Assembly: GCA_002104945.1 (NCBI GenBank)
Contig: MCFH01000002.1
Location: 1,116,001-1,180,000 of the forward strand
Source of the DNA: Piromyces finnis finn
Taxonomy: Eukaryota > Fungi > Neocallimastigomycota
DNA: 64,000 nucleotides
Direction: 5' to 3'
Position 1 is the first letter of the stretch; the number at the start of each line of letters is the position of its first letter. The position numbers were made by a program, and so were the translations under genes. The notes under the pieces were generated by a model. That model saw only the letters and a program-made list of their open reading frames with translations. It was not told the DNA's origin and made no database searches. Of the stretch, positions 33,879 through 55,427 are shown piece after piece.

Positions 33879-35202
33879 TTATCCTTCCTTTGTTATGGCT
33901 AATTTTAACTATTAATAAATTTATTAAAAATATTTTAAATAAAAAATTAATAAAATAATTAACTTTTTTTTTTTAATAAATATTAAATATATACCTTAGC
34001 AATAGCTTTTGCTGGATTTAATCCTAATGGACAGTTTGACATACAATCTATAGTATTATTAAAATACAACAATTATTATTAACCATTTATCAAATTATAT
34101 ATTAAAATTTATTTATAAAATTATTATAACATACTCATTTCTCCATGGCATCTAAATAATGAATCTGGACCTTGTAATGCATCTTTTCTTTCAGAGTGGA
34201 AGCCATCTCTACTATCTCTAATCCAACGGAATGAATTTAAGATTGTTGATGGTCCAAGGTAAGCATCTTTTAAATAAAGTAATAACTATTTTAATACCTC
34301 GTAAAAACAAAAATTATTTTAATAAATATAAAAAACGTACCGGCATCTCTCCAATAATTTGGACAAGATGATGAGCAACATGCACATAAATTGCACTCGT
34401 AATAACCATCCAATTTTTTTCTTTCTTTTAAAGTCTGTAATATTTCTCTATCTGGTTCCTTAATAATCTCTCCATGTTCATCTTTTTTTTTTCTCATAAT
34501 CCATGGTTGTATATTTTTATATTGTTCATAATAATGTGTTAAATCAAGAACTAAATCTTTAACAACTGGAATATTTGGTAAGGGTGAAATCTTTTGAACT
34601 TTTTGTTTGTCATCAATTGGTGTACTGCAAGCTAATACATTTTTTCCATTTACATTAACAGCGCAACAACCACATTTCCCTTTTATTTTAATATTAATTT
34701 ATTTTTCATATTCAATAATTATAATTATATAATTATAATAATAGTAAAATTATCTTAATATTCAATTTAAAAATAGTATTTACCATTATGACAATGATGA
34801 CGAAAAGTTAAGGTTGGATCTTCATTTTCTTTAATGTGTAATAATCCATCAAGAATGGTTTCTTTGATATCATCCCTTTTTACTTTATATGATTTATAAG
34901 CTGGTTTCTCTTTAGGTTTTTCAGGATTCTATATTTTAAAATTATAATGCAAGAATTATTTTGGATTTTAATTAAATTGAAATTATATTCAACTATATTA
35001 GCATTTATATTTTATATTACGATTCATTTCAAATTACCCATCTATATATTTTAAATTCTAATTCTTCATGATGTTTCGATACTATGGAACAAGAATGAAA
35101 ATTTCTAGAATTATAATTATTATTGGCCTTAAATTTATTTAATATCCCAATAATAGCTTTACTGTTATTAATTATTGCGTGTGTATGATTTACTAAAGAC
35201 AT
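33879..35202 (-). CDS. SDH2: Succinate dehydrogenase/fumarate reductase iron-sulfur subunit (SdhB), with N-terminal organellar presequence, 6 exons
   Basis: FKIYRWNPEKP; LDGLLHIKEKMDPTLTFRHHCHNGKCGCCAVNVNGKNVLAC (2Fe-2S); YECNLCACCSSSCPNYW (4Fe-4S); YLGPSTILNSFRWIRDSRD; CHGEMNCMSNCPLGLNPAKAI (3Fe-4S). Confidence 0.93.
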
Positions 35203-35921
35203 TTCTATTGGTATTCTAATATATAATTAATGGAGGGTTTTTATACAAACAATAATAAAATTAAATGTTTTTTTGAATATAAATTGATACTTTTAATTAT
35301 ATTATATATTAAATATTGGAAGAATTTTCATTATCCTTATTATGCTTTTAAATATACTATTTTATATTTATTATATTTTAAAAAACTTATTTTTAATATA
35401 ATCAATAAAATTAATATATCATTACTTTTTACTTAAAAATAATCATTCAATGATATATTATTTATTATTTTGTTTTTCTATCCTCTTAATAATAATTTTT
35501 ATAGACCTATGTTGTTGTATCAATCAACGTTTCCTTTTTCTCTTTTTATTACAACTTTTTTTATTTTTTTTCTCACTTTTAAGATAATTGTTTTTTTTTT
35601 TTTTATTTTTTTTTTTTATTTTTTTATATATTTTTTTTTTTAAATTTTTTATTTTGTTTAAAAAAAGTCAATATCCAATATATTTCAATACAAAAAAAAA
35701 ATTTTTTTAATTATTTTTCTACCCACGATTATATTTAACATAAAAATAAAAAAAATATAAAATATTTCCATTTTTTCAAAAAATTTTAAAATAAATAATA
35801 CAAAATGTAATTAAACTTTATGTTAAAAAAATTAAAATGTATTTAAGTAATTTATTTTTTTTAAATTTATAATTAAAAAGTATTTCAATATTTTTAAGTT
35901 TTACTAAAACAATATAAATGT

Positions 35922-38900
35922 TTATTCCCTCTTTTTAAATACTGGATTAATTTCTTGTTCAGCTTTTCTTTTTAATCCAAATGCAATCTTCTCTCTCTTT
36001 GGAGCATTTGCAGTTCCTGGATTATTTAATGTTGTTATAAACGTTGATTGTTGAATGCTTGAAGTACCAATTGACTCATTATTTTCACTTTCCTTGGATT
36101 TCTTCTTAATATCAGTTCTTGGTTGAAGTCCTGCAACATCATTTTCTGATGGTAATACACTATTTAATAATTATGAAAATTCAATAAGTATTATATCAAT
36201 AAATTTTAATAGTTACAAAATATTATTACTATTCAAATTAGCATTAATACATACCCTCTATTACCAATAGAAAGAACAAGATGTGCTGATCCCATTGCTT
36301 TGGTTCTTTCTTGTAAAGCACTAACGGTACCCAATGGTGTATCAGTACTGCTCATTTGTTTTAACTTTAACTCTTCCTCTAATTTCTTTAATCTTTTTTC
36401 AGTCTTTAACTTACCAGAAGTCTTTCCATGGAATTTATGTGACAATTGACGAAAAGCCTTTGAAATTCATATTTTTTAAAAATAAAATGTTTTTTAATTT
36501 AATGTTTCTTATTAATTTAATTTAATCATTTCTTATATGCCTTTTATTAAATTACTTACTTCTTTTTGGGTTAAAGTTCTACCAAATTCATCATGGTATT
36601 CAATATTAACAACAGGTTTATAGTTTTTAAATTTCTTTTCAGCTTCTCTCGCTCTTTCTCTTTCTCTATAAATATCATCACGATCATAATCTCTATCTCT
36701 ATCTCTACTTGATCGATGTCTGTCTCTTCTATCATCTTTTTGTCTTCTTCTTTCTTTTATTAAATCATTAAGTTTTTGTTCATTCAACCATTTTTCTTTC
36801 TCTATTTGTAATCTTTCTTTTTCTAACTCTTCTTTGGTTACTGGATTAACAATACCTTTTTGTAATAATAAAGATACAGTGGCAGCCATACCCGATGAAA
36901 TTAAAGGTTCTTCCTCCTATTAAAAAAAGTGATAATAAATAATAATAATAACCAAATTAGTAATTTTATATATAATTCATTATTTACATTGTATGAAGAG
37001 ATTCTTATAAAATTTTATTTTTATATTTACTAATGCTGCTACTCCTTTATTTGATGATTGCTCATTTGATTTTAATTCAGTACTCTCATCTTCTGATTCT
37101 GGTCTTTCTCCTTCTTCCAATTCTTGTTCATTTTGATCTGATATTTTTGATTCTTCATTATTTGATTCATTTACTGATTCCATTTCCATATTATCTTCTT
37201 TTTTGACTTCATTATTAATATTAGACGGTTTTTCATTAGGGTTTTGTCTTTGCAACAATGGCAATGTTGGTATATTTCTAATAAATTCAGAAGTTTCGGA
37301 AACTTCGTTTATAAATCTAATTCCTTCTGATTCTTCTTTTCTTTTCAAATCAAAAGAAATGTTATTATCTTCATCATTATCTTTGTTTTCTTCTTCTTCT
37401 TTTTTTTTTTCTTTTATATCTTCTTGTTTAACTATATATGAAATATTAAATATACATTATAAATTATGATAAAATATATTTTTTATAAATTTTAACAAAA
37501 TACTTGGTAAATGATAGAAAATTATTTATTAAATATATATTATTATTATTGCTTAAAATAAAAATATTAATATACCTTCTTCAACTGTTTCTCTTATTGA
37601 TTTTACCAACTTTTTGGTATTCTTACGACGTGCTTTTGATAATGCTGTCTGAAGTTCATCATCATCAATAAAATTGATATCATCAATATTTGAATTAATA
37701 TTACTGTAAGAATACTTTTCTATTTGTTTAACTTCTATAGATTGTGATGAATTGCCAACATTCATGCTATTTTCTGAATCAATAAAACTTTCTTCACCAT
37801 CTAATCTAATTTTTTTAGTGTGCTTCTTCTTCTTCTTCTTTTTTGGCTTCTTAAATGAAACCATTTCATCTTTTGTATAATAATCTTTAATTTCTTGCAT
37901 TTTATTGTAATTCAAATCTAAACTTCCTTTTTTAAAGCCGTTGTTATCTTCTTCATTACGTAAAGATGTATCAAAAACTTCACCATTCCCATTAAGAATA
38001 AATCCTTTACTTTCATCATCCTCATCATATTGAGATAAAATTTTCTTTTTACCATAAAGTGCTTCTTCATCATCATAAACACCACCATATATGGTTTTTT
38101 TCTTTTTTAATTCCAAATTTTTTTGTAACTTTTCCTTTTCAGTCAATCTTATACTAGTCAATTCATCTTCCACATCTTTGAGATTAAATATTAACAATAA
38201 TAAGAATTACATTATTTCATAAATATTATTTATAAATTAAAATATTAAATTATGATTTATTTAGTAATTATATTATTATAGTTATTATAATTATTATTTT
38301 AGATATTACTATCATCTTCTGTAATAACAGCATCTTTTAATACTAAAATTTCTTCTTCTCCCGTTTCGATTTCTGAAATATTATGTCCAACTTTTAAACC
38401 CTTTAAATTTTCTATAATTTAAAATTAAATAAATTATTTATTTATTAAAAAAAACATTATTATTTTAATTTTTGTTTTTGAATTTTTAGTAAATGACCAT
38501 TATGAACCTGATTTATATTCTTCTAAAACTTCATTGTCCATTGCTTCTAACTCTTTTCTCTTCATTTCAGCAATTTCCTTTTGCCTCTTTTTTTGTCTTT
38601 TAATCCATGATAAAGCATCATCATTTTCTTCATCGTCTAATTCACCTAAACCCTTACCAGTTAATTTTTTCTTCAATTCACGTTTAACTCTAGATTTCTG
38701 AATTTTTTCTTGTATCTTTTTAGTCTCTTCATTTTCTTATAATAAAAAATATATTTAATAAGGATAAAAAAAAAAAATGAATGAAAGAAAAGACAAGATA
38801 AGAAAAGAAAAAAAATAAATGAATTTAAAAAAAATTAATACCTAAAATGAATAAATATAAAAATCTAAAATAATATTATTACTTTTTAATTCATTATTGT

Positions 38901-39375
38901 ATTTTTCAAAATTCTCTTCTGCGCTTTGTTTTTTTGGTTCATTATCTACAAATATAAATTATGAAATTTAATTATATAAAATGAAAAAATGCTTTAAAAT
39001 AAAAATTATTTATTTATAATTTAAAATTTAAAATGAAATTAAATTTACCAACACTGAGAGGCTTTAAACCTAATGATATTCTCAATTTACTACATTAAAA
39101 TAATAATTATATAATATATTATACATATCCATATTAATATTAAATCCTGAATATATGCTTTATTGCAAATTATATTTAATGTATTTTATAATTATCTATG
39201 AATTCATTTATAATTACTTAGTTTCTTCAATTGATAATGAAATTTCTTCATCAGCTATTTTATTGAAATTAAAGTTTTTAAATATTCATAAAAATAATAA
39301 TAATGAAAATGAGTTTACTAAATTCAAAATCTAATTATAATAATTACTAATTGAAACATTATATATTATACCCAT
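35922..39375 (-). CDS. SNU66: U4/U6.U5 tri-snRNP protein SART1/Snu66, multi-exon with 4-nt first coding exon (ATGG)
   Basis: HIND motif [21 protein letters not shown]; [14 protein letters not shown]; [21 protein letters not shown]; [25 protein letters not shown]; STDTPLGT. Confidence 0.92.
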
Positions 39376-40119
39376 TCCGGATATTTTAAGACAATTGTAA
39401 TAAAATATTTCACTGATCTGTATTATAATGGATGGAAGATTTTGAAATTTCTTAAATGTTATATTGTAGTTATAACAAACTAAATTATTAATAATACTTA
39501 ATATATTTGATAATTATTTAAATTGTTTATTTATAAATGTTTTTAGATTAATTTTATTTTATTTTATTTTATTATATTATATTATATTTCATTTTATTTT
39601 TTTATTTTTTATTTTTTATTTTTTTTTTTTTTTGAGTATATAACGAGAAAAAGAATAAATATATATTATGTATAAATAAAAAAAATAAAGATTTTGTTAA
39701 AATCAATCTGAAATTATAATATCAAATTATATAACTACCTATTTACTTATTTATCTGAAAATAAATTTATACCTCTATTATTTTTCCAAGATTTTAAAGC
39801 TTAAATAATTATTGAATTATATAAATATAGATATATATATTTTTTTTTTGAACTTACTTCACAAAGATGAAAGACTATATAAATATATTAATCCCTCACT
39901 ATAAAATTAAATTATTACCTTATTGAAATTAAATTCTATTAATATCACGTGAATTTTCGATAATCCAAAATTTATTTGGATTATCGAAAATTCATCATTT
40001 TAAAAAGAAATAGTTAATGAATAATTTATACTACACAACACAAATTAGTTATAATTATTATTATTTTTTTTAATAAAAAAAAAAACATTTGTTTTTAATA
40101 AGAAAAGATTTTAACGAAA

Positions 40120-41572
40120 ATGCGTATGAAAGCAAAAGTTATTAATTCTATTTTGTTTACAAGTACATAAAAATAACTATAATTTTAGTACTGTTATAGA
40201 AGCAGATACTAATTTTTATTAAAATATATAATTTCATTTAAATAAATAAATTGATAGAAATGTTACAAAGTGTAGAAAAACTAAATAAAACATGTGTTTT
40301 GAAATTTACAAGAGATAAAATATTTTTAATTGTTTCAAAAATTGAATTAACTGAGCTTCAAGTTTGGGGACAAGTTGCTATTGTGAGTGAAAAATATATG
40401 TGAAATAAATACATTTTGTATATATGCTATTAAATTCTTTATATATATTTTAATCTTATTTATATTAAAAAAAAATAAATGAAATAAAATAAAATAAAAA
40501 GAATTTATTGTTTGAAGATTTTATAATCGAAAGCGCAAACAATAATGAAATATGGCTTGAAGTAAGAACGGATCAAATTATAAGAGTTTTAAAATCTGCA
40601 CAATCAGCAATTGATGTATATTGTAAATTAACAAAAAAAACCGGACTTCCCTCGTTATCATTTAATATTAAAAGCATTGTAAACATTAAAAAAAATTAAA
40701 GAATTAAAATTAATTTTAAGGGAAAATTATTTTTAGAATTTATTAAATATATTAATTTGAATAATAATTTTTAAAGTTTAGAGGTGATAATCCTGTATTA
40801 TTAGTTCAAGATATACCTATAAGAGTTTTAAATATGTATCATATATCAGAATATAAAGAACCAATGGTACCTCAACCACATGTAAAATCATAAAATACAT
40901 TTAAACAGTACTAAAAAAAAAAGCTAGATTTTAATATAATTAAATATAAATGGAATTTCATTCATTAGGTACATATATTAATGCCACCTTTAGTTTCAGT
41001 AAGAACAATTATTGATAGAATGAAATCAATGAGCAATTACTTAACAATATCTGCAAATTATAATGGTGAATTTACACTAAAAATAGAAACAGAATCCGTT
41101 TCAGTAGAAACATATTTTAAAGATTTAATATGTCCAGAATTAAGTAAATTTTATTCTTATTCATATCATTTATTTAAACATTCAAACAATATTAATTAAA
41201 AATATTTCTTGTAATATAAATGAAAAAGATCAAAATGAAAATTCGCAATCTCAACAAGAAAGACCAAAAGAACAGTTTTCTGGGTGTCAAATATCAATAA
41301 TAGACTTTGAAAAATTCGTTCACAGTTATGTTATTAATCCAAGTAGTGTTATTTGTAGTAAGTATTATATAATTTTTTTTATTAAAAAATTATTATAAGT
41401 TTTCATTACATATGATAATTATATGTTAATTTAATTAAATATAGGTATAATTGAAAATTTTGCTGTTGTATTTTATGTTTATGTTAGGAATGATATGTCA
41501 CTAATGGATTATGATCAAGAAACAAGGCAATTTGGTGCATTAACATATTATATACCAGCAATTATTGCTTAA
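40120..41572 (+). CDS. HUS1: Hus1 subunit of the 9-1-1 checkpoint clamp, about 7 exons
   Basis: MRMKAKVINS...LQSVEKLNKTCVLKFTRDKI; LFEDFIIESANNNEIWLEV; KLTKKTGLPSLSF; VQDIPIRVL; EPMVPQPHVHILMPPL; SANYNGEFTLKIETESVSVETYFKDL; LTYYIPAI*. Confidence 0.9.
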
Positions 41573-41692
41573 TTATAAAATATTTACATGCACAATTAAA
41601 TTCTTCTATACTTTAATAAATACTATCATATTATCATACTATCTAAAATATAGAAAGATATTTATATAATAAAATCGGTAATTGATTCATAT

Positions 41693-45860
<4,168 letters not shown>

Positions 45861-47121
45861 TTTAATTATACAATTATACTTTTAATCATAATTTTGAATC
45901 TTCAAAATAATTTTTAATAAAATGTAAAAATCAGTTTTTCATAAATTTAAATTTATATGTAGATTTTTTTTTTTTTTAAAAAAATAATTTTGTGTAACAT
46001 TCAATTAATATAGGAAATTGGATCAACAATTTTTTAAACTTTCTATTTCTATATCTATTACTATTATAAATAATACAGTTTTAAAATATATCTTTATTTA
46101 CAAAATATGCTTTCAATTATTATCTAATTTCAGTATTTCATATTTTATTTTTTTAATTTTATTTTCTTTATAAAACTCTCTTATTAGTCTTTATTACTTA
46201 TTTACTATAGTAATAGTAGTTACAAATTTTTGTATATATTTAATATTTTATATTATTAAATAATATTATTATTTAAGATATATTCAGTTTTGCAAAGATT
46301 AATGATACATATATATTAATATTATTCTATAATTAAGGGCATTTATATGTACTGCTATTAACAATAAAAATAAAAGACTTGTTTACCAATATTAAGAAAT
46401 ATTAAGAAAACATATATTATTTCTCATTTTTTAAAGTATTTTATTAAATAATATTTTTTAATTATTTTTATTAAAAATAATCAAGCAGTTATGTATACAA
46501 TTATATATTAATATATATAATTTTTAATTAGTTTTTAAAGTTTTTCATACATCTGTAAACATATTACCTTAATTTTCAATAAAATAATATTCAAAAAAAA
46601 GAAAAGTATTTAATATATATATTAAAATAAAATAAAAAAAAGTATAATATTATATTACTCTTTATAATATTATTCAGAAAGACATAATATTATAAGTAAA
46701 AGTTCAAATAATTATATATATATATGTATAAATATCACACTTCCATTAAACTTTTATAAAAATAAAGGTAAATATTAAAATATTGCAAACCTAACTATTT
46801 TATTTAATTGATTGAAAGAATATTAAAATGAAATAAAAAAAAATAAAATAAAATATCCAAATTATATTTTATGCATTTAATAATAAAAATAATGATAATA
46901 ATTCATATTTATAATTGTTTTATATTTAATAATAAGAAAGAGTAAAATTTTATCATTTTATTTATATTTAATCTGCATTAATTTAATTTGTAAATTTATA
47001 TAATTATTAAAATAATGATTTTCTCTTTATTAATATAATATTCTTAAATATTTTTCAATGGTCTATTTATAATTGCATATATTTATAAACTCAAAAAAGT
47101 AATTAAAATAGTAATAGTTAA

Positions 47122-49366
<2,245 letters not shown>

Positions 49367-50233
49367 AATTAAAAACAAAAGAAAGAAAGAAAGAAAGAAA
49401 GAAAGAGGGGAAAAATTGACAAAACATCATTTATTTAATTAATCTTAAAATAATCCATTAATATAATTTTATAAATAGATTTATGAATGCTAAAAAAAAA
49501 AAAAAAAAAAAAAAGTATATTAGTAATAATATTTTGATAGATTAGCATTGATAATATAAAAGATATATATAAATATATAAACAAAGAAAGAAAAAAAGAA
49601 AAAAAGAAACTATTGAGAAGTTAATTAGAATTACAAAGTGTAAATAAAAACATTAAATATTAAAAAAAAAAGTTTATTTTTTTTTTTTTTTTTGTTGTTG
49701 TTGTTGTTTTCTTTATTATATATAAGCACATATAAGCATAGAAAATATCATTGAATATTAAAGATATACAGAGTTATACTAATTAAATAATACTCTATTT
49801 TAATTTAATGCTTTTTAATTTTATATAGAGTAATAAATTATATTATGTATGGAATTTTGATATATTCATTTATTAAAATAATTATTTTTGATTTATAAAA
49901 TATGCTACATTAAAAAAGGTTTAAACTTATTTTATAATTAGAATATAATCCTACTAAACTTTATATCATAAGAAAATTTAATTAATAAGGTTCTTATTAA
50001 CTAAAAAAAAAAAAGTATTTTCTTTTTCAAAATAAAAAAATAATATAAAAAAAAAAGGAAACAAATTAAATTTTAAAATTTAAATATTAAAAAAAAAAAA
50101 TAAAATCAATACATAAATAAGTAAATTTTTTGAAATTATTCTTCCTTTTGAAATATTAAATATATATTGTAGAATCAATTTATATCATAAACAATAATTA
50201 ATATATATAGAATAAAGATAAATATAAATAACA

Positions 50234-51968
50234 ATGGATGACTATGTATGTGTCTTTTTAACAAAAATAATAAAGTATTATACTGAATAAATATATTTTT
50301 TATAATTATAAATTCATAAATATTCATATATTTACTAAAAATAATTAAATACAAAATTTATGACAATTTATAATAATATATAAATAAATTATTTGACATT
50401 TCAAAAATGAATTTCTTAAAATTTTCTTATATATACGATAACAGGAATCAGTATTATTAGTAATCAGAGAATGTTTTGTATACAGGTTATTATAAAACAA
50501 AATAGAATTCGAAGCATATATAAATATTAAATTGAATTAATTTATATTCATAGAAACTAATTTATCAATATATCAATATTAATATTAAAAAATAAATAAA
50601 TTTTGAATGTCAAAATAATAAATATATAATTTATGAAAACGTTCAAAAGAATTCCACCACTTGGCTCTTCCAAAGGTTACAAGTAAATAACTATATAAAT
50701 TACAATTATATCGAATTAACTTTTATAAAATTCAGAATTCACATTATTATTTTTGATATTTACAAAATAAATTCTAAATTTTTAATTTTGATAAATAAAA
50801 TGTTTAAATAAATAAAATAGAGCTGCTGAATGGGATGTTAACAGTTTCTTATGGTCAGGAAGATTAAGAATCGTTTCTGTTGGTGGAAAGAAATGCTATA
50901 TTAAATTAGAAGTAAGAAATCTCATTATTTTTACAAAATATTATTATTTAAATATAAAAGTTAAAAAAATGATTTTAAAATAGTTTTTTCCTATTAAAAT
51001 AATAATTTTATTTAACAATATTAATAATAATAATAAATAAATGATAAATAATAAAAATAATATCGAATATCTCTTCATTACAGGATGCTAATAGCGGTAT
51101 ATATATATAATTCAAATAGATTTTTATATCAATTAAAATATTATTTAAACAGAGCATAATACATATATATTAATATTACTTTAATTTTTTTAAATAAAAT
51201 AAATTCATTAAAATATAAAACCAATTAGGTGAATTGTTTGCTCAATGTGAATATAAAGAAGATAATAATTCAGTTGAACCTGTTATTGATTCAAGTCGTT
51301 ATTTTGTTTTAAGAATTGAAGATCAAGGTTAGCTGTTTTCCATATACTATCTTACCAAAAAAGATATATTATTTATATTCAAGAAAAAAAAAACAAATAA
51401 ATAAAATTATATTATTGATAATCATTATATTTTTTACAATTCTTTTAACTATAGCTTCAGGAAAACATGCCTATATTGGTATGGGTTTCCAAGAAAGAAG
51501 TGAAGCTTTTGATTTTAATGTTGCCCTTCAAGATTTCATAAAGTAATTAATATGACAATAAATCAATTTTTAATAATACTATTTGATTAGATATATAATA
51601 ATTATTACATAATATAAAATACAAGACTGTGTATTATATATATTTATTCAAATTATATGACTATCAATATTCTAATAATAAATATAATTAAAATGAATAG
51701 GCATTTAAAGAATGAAACAGCACCCAAAATTGAATATACTGGACCAAAAGTTGATTATTCATGGAAAGAAGGTGAAACTATAAATATTAATATTGGAAAG
51801 GTAATATTTAAACTAAAATGAATTGAATTGAATAATTTTCATAATTAAACTGATCTTTAAATATATATATATATTTAATAATACAATATATAGCTAAAGA
51901 AATCTTCTTCAAGTATTAAGAATACTATTCCAACCCAAAATTCCAGTAATAATCCAAATGATTGTAAG

Positions 51969-52015
<47 letters not shown>

Positions 52016-52037
52016 ATAAATAATAATAAATAATAAA

Positions 52038-52080
<43 letters not shown>

Positions 52081-52304
52081 GAATCAATATTAAATATTAT
52101 AAATAAATTAATTTTTATTCGTAATTATATTTTATAAAAGTTATATTATTACCACCTCCTCCACCAAGTGGTAAAACTAGCATTACTCCATCAGCTAGTA
52201 ATAATAATGTATCTAATCAACAAGATAATAATAGTGAATGGGCTAGTTTTGGAGACTTTGTTGGTGCTTCTAATTCCAATCCATCAAATTGGACCACTTT
52301 TTAA
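50234..52304 (+). CDS. NECAP: NECAP (adaptin ear-binding coat-associated protein), about 9 short exons
   Basis: [47 protein letters not shown]...KLE/DANSG/ELFAQC...[17 protein letters not shown]; [24 protein letters not shown]; LPPPPPSG; C-terminal WASF and WTTF* (WxxF AP-binding motifs). Confidence 0.92.
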
Positions 52305-53455
52305 AAAGAAAAAAAAAATCAAAAGATAATAATATAATAAAAAGAATAAATAAAATAAAATATATAGCTATAATAATATATCTTTATGGTTTATAAAATG
52401 AAAAAGTTAAAATAAAAAATTATTAATATAAAATAAAAATAAAATATTCAAATAATATAATGCAAAAAAATAATAATAAAAATAAAATAAAAAATGAAAA
52501 TAATATATATATATAATTTTTAAATTAAGTATATAAAATATTATTTAAACTTGACAATATTTTCTTTTGCACAATATATCAAATGTATTTACACATGAAA
52601 GTTTTTTTAATTATGTTAGCGTTCTAGTATATATATAAAGAAGTATGATCTATTTTAAAATATTTACATATGCTTTAAATTTTTAGATATGTTAATATAT
52701 ATTGACTTTTTTCAAATTTTAATAAAGATTATTTTAAAAAAAAATGATCTGGTTAAAAAATATTAATTTGTTTTATTATTTATTAAGATTTAAATTTCAT
52801 CTAAAATACATGAAAAATTAAAAAAAAAAAATAAACATGATTTATTGAATTTAGTTAAATTAAATAATATATACATCAGATTATATTGTAATATATTAGG
52901 AATATACTCCATACTATATTTTTAATTTAAATTATAAAATATTTAATTTATATAACTTTTTTTTTTTGTATATATGAGTAGATGGTTTTATAGAATTAAA
53001 AAAAAAAAAAAAGTGAACTTTCTCTTTTTTCAAATATTTTTATTTTATTTTAAATAATTCTTTTAATTATATAATTATCTTATTTTTTAATCAAAAATAA
53101 ATAGCATTAATAAAAGCATATAAATATTTCATTAAAAAAAGTATATCTATCTATTATAACAGAAATTTTTAAATAGAAATTTGTTCGTGTCACAAAATTT
53201 TTAATTCTCAATTAAGAAATACACTCTAAAGTAAAGTAAATAATTTTAATTATAATATCATCAATTAGATATAATTTTACTCTAATATTCTAATTATCAA
53301 TATAATATTGATATAATACTAATAACATAATACAATACTTTAATTATACATATTCTTAAATTTTATAACATTTAAAATTGTGGATATTTTATATCAATAA
53401 ATAAAAATCAATAATTGTTTAAAATTCAATATGATAACTACAAAGTAGAATCAAA

Positions 53456-55166
<1,711 letters not shown>

Positions 55167-55415
55167 AACTATTAAATTTAAATTATTCTTCTAACTATTA
55201 ATATAATTTTAATTTCATCATTTTACTAAAATTCGGTTATCATTTTCAAAATACATAATAAAAAAATAAAAAATAAAAATATATATATAATTTACCTCTT
55301 ATTTATTAATATTATTACTTTTTATATTAAAAATAATTGACTTTGGTATTAAAACTTTTTTTTTTTTTATTTTATTTTATCTTATTATTATTTGTTTTGT
55401 TTTGGCTTTGGATGA

Positions 55416-55427
55416 GGGGGAAAGAAT
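55416..55427 (+). repeat. Target site duplication, 5' copy (GGGGGAAAGAAT)
   Basis: Identical 12-mer immediately after the poly(A); 13 bp if the preceding A is counted. Confidence 0.92.

Noticed and set aside
55420-55427. 8-mer GAAAGAAT shared between the TSD and the monomer linker
   Set aside because: It is a short purine-rich match that could arise by chance, and one insertion cannot establish homology-guided targeting.
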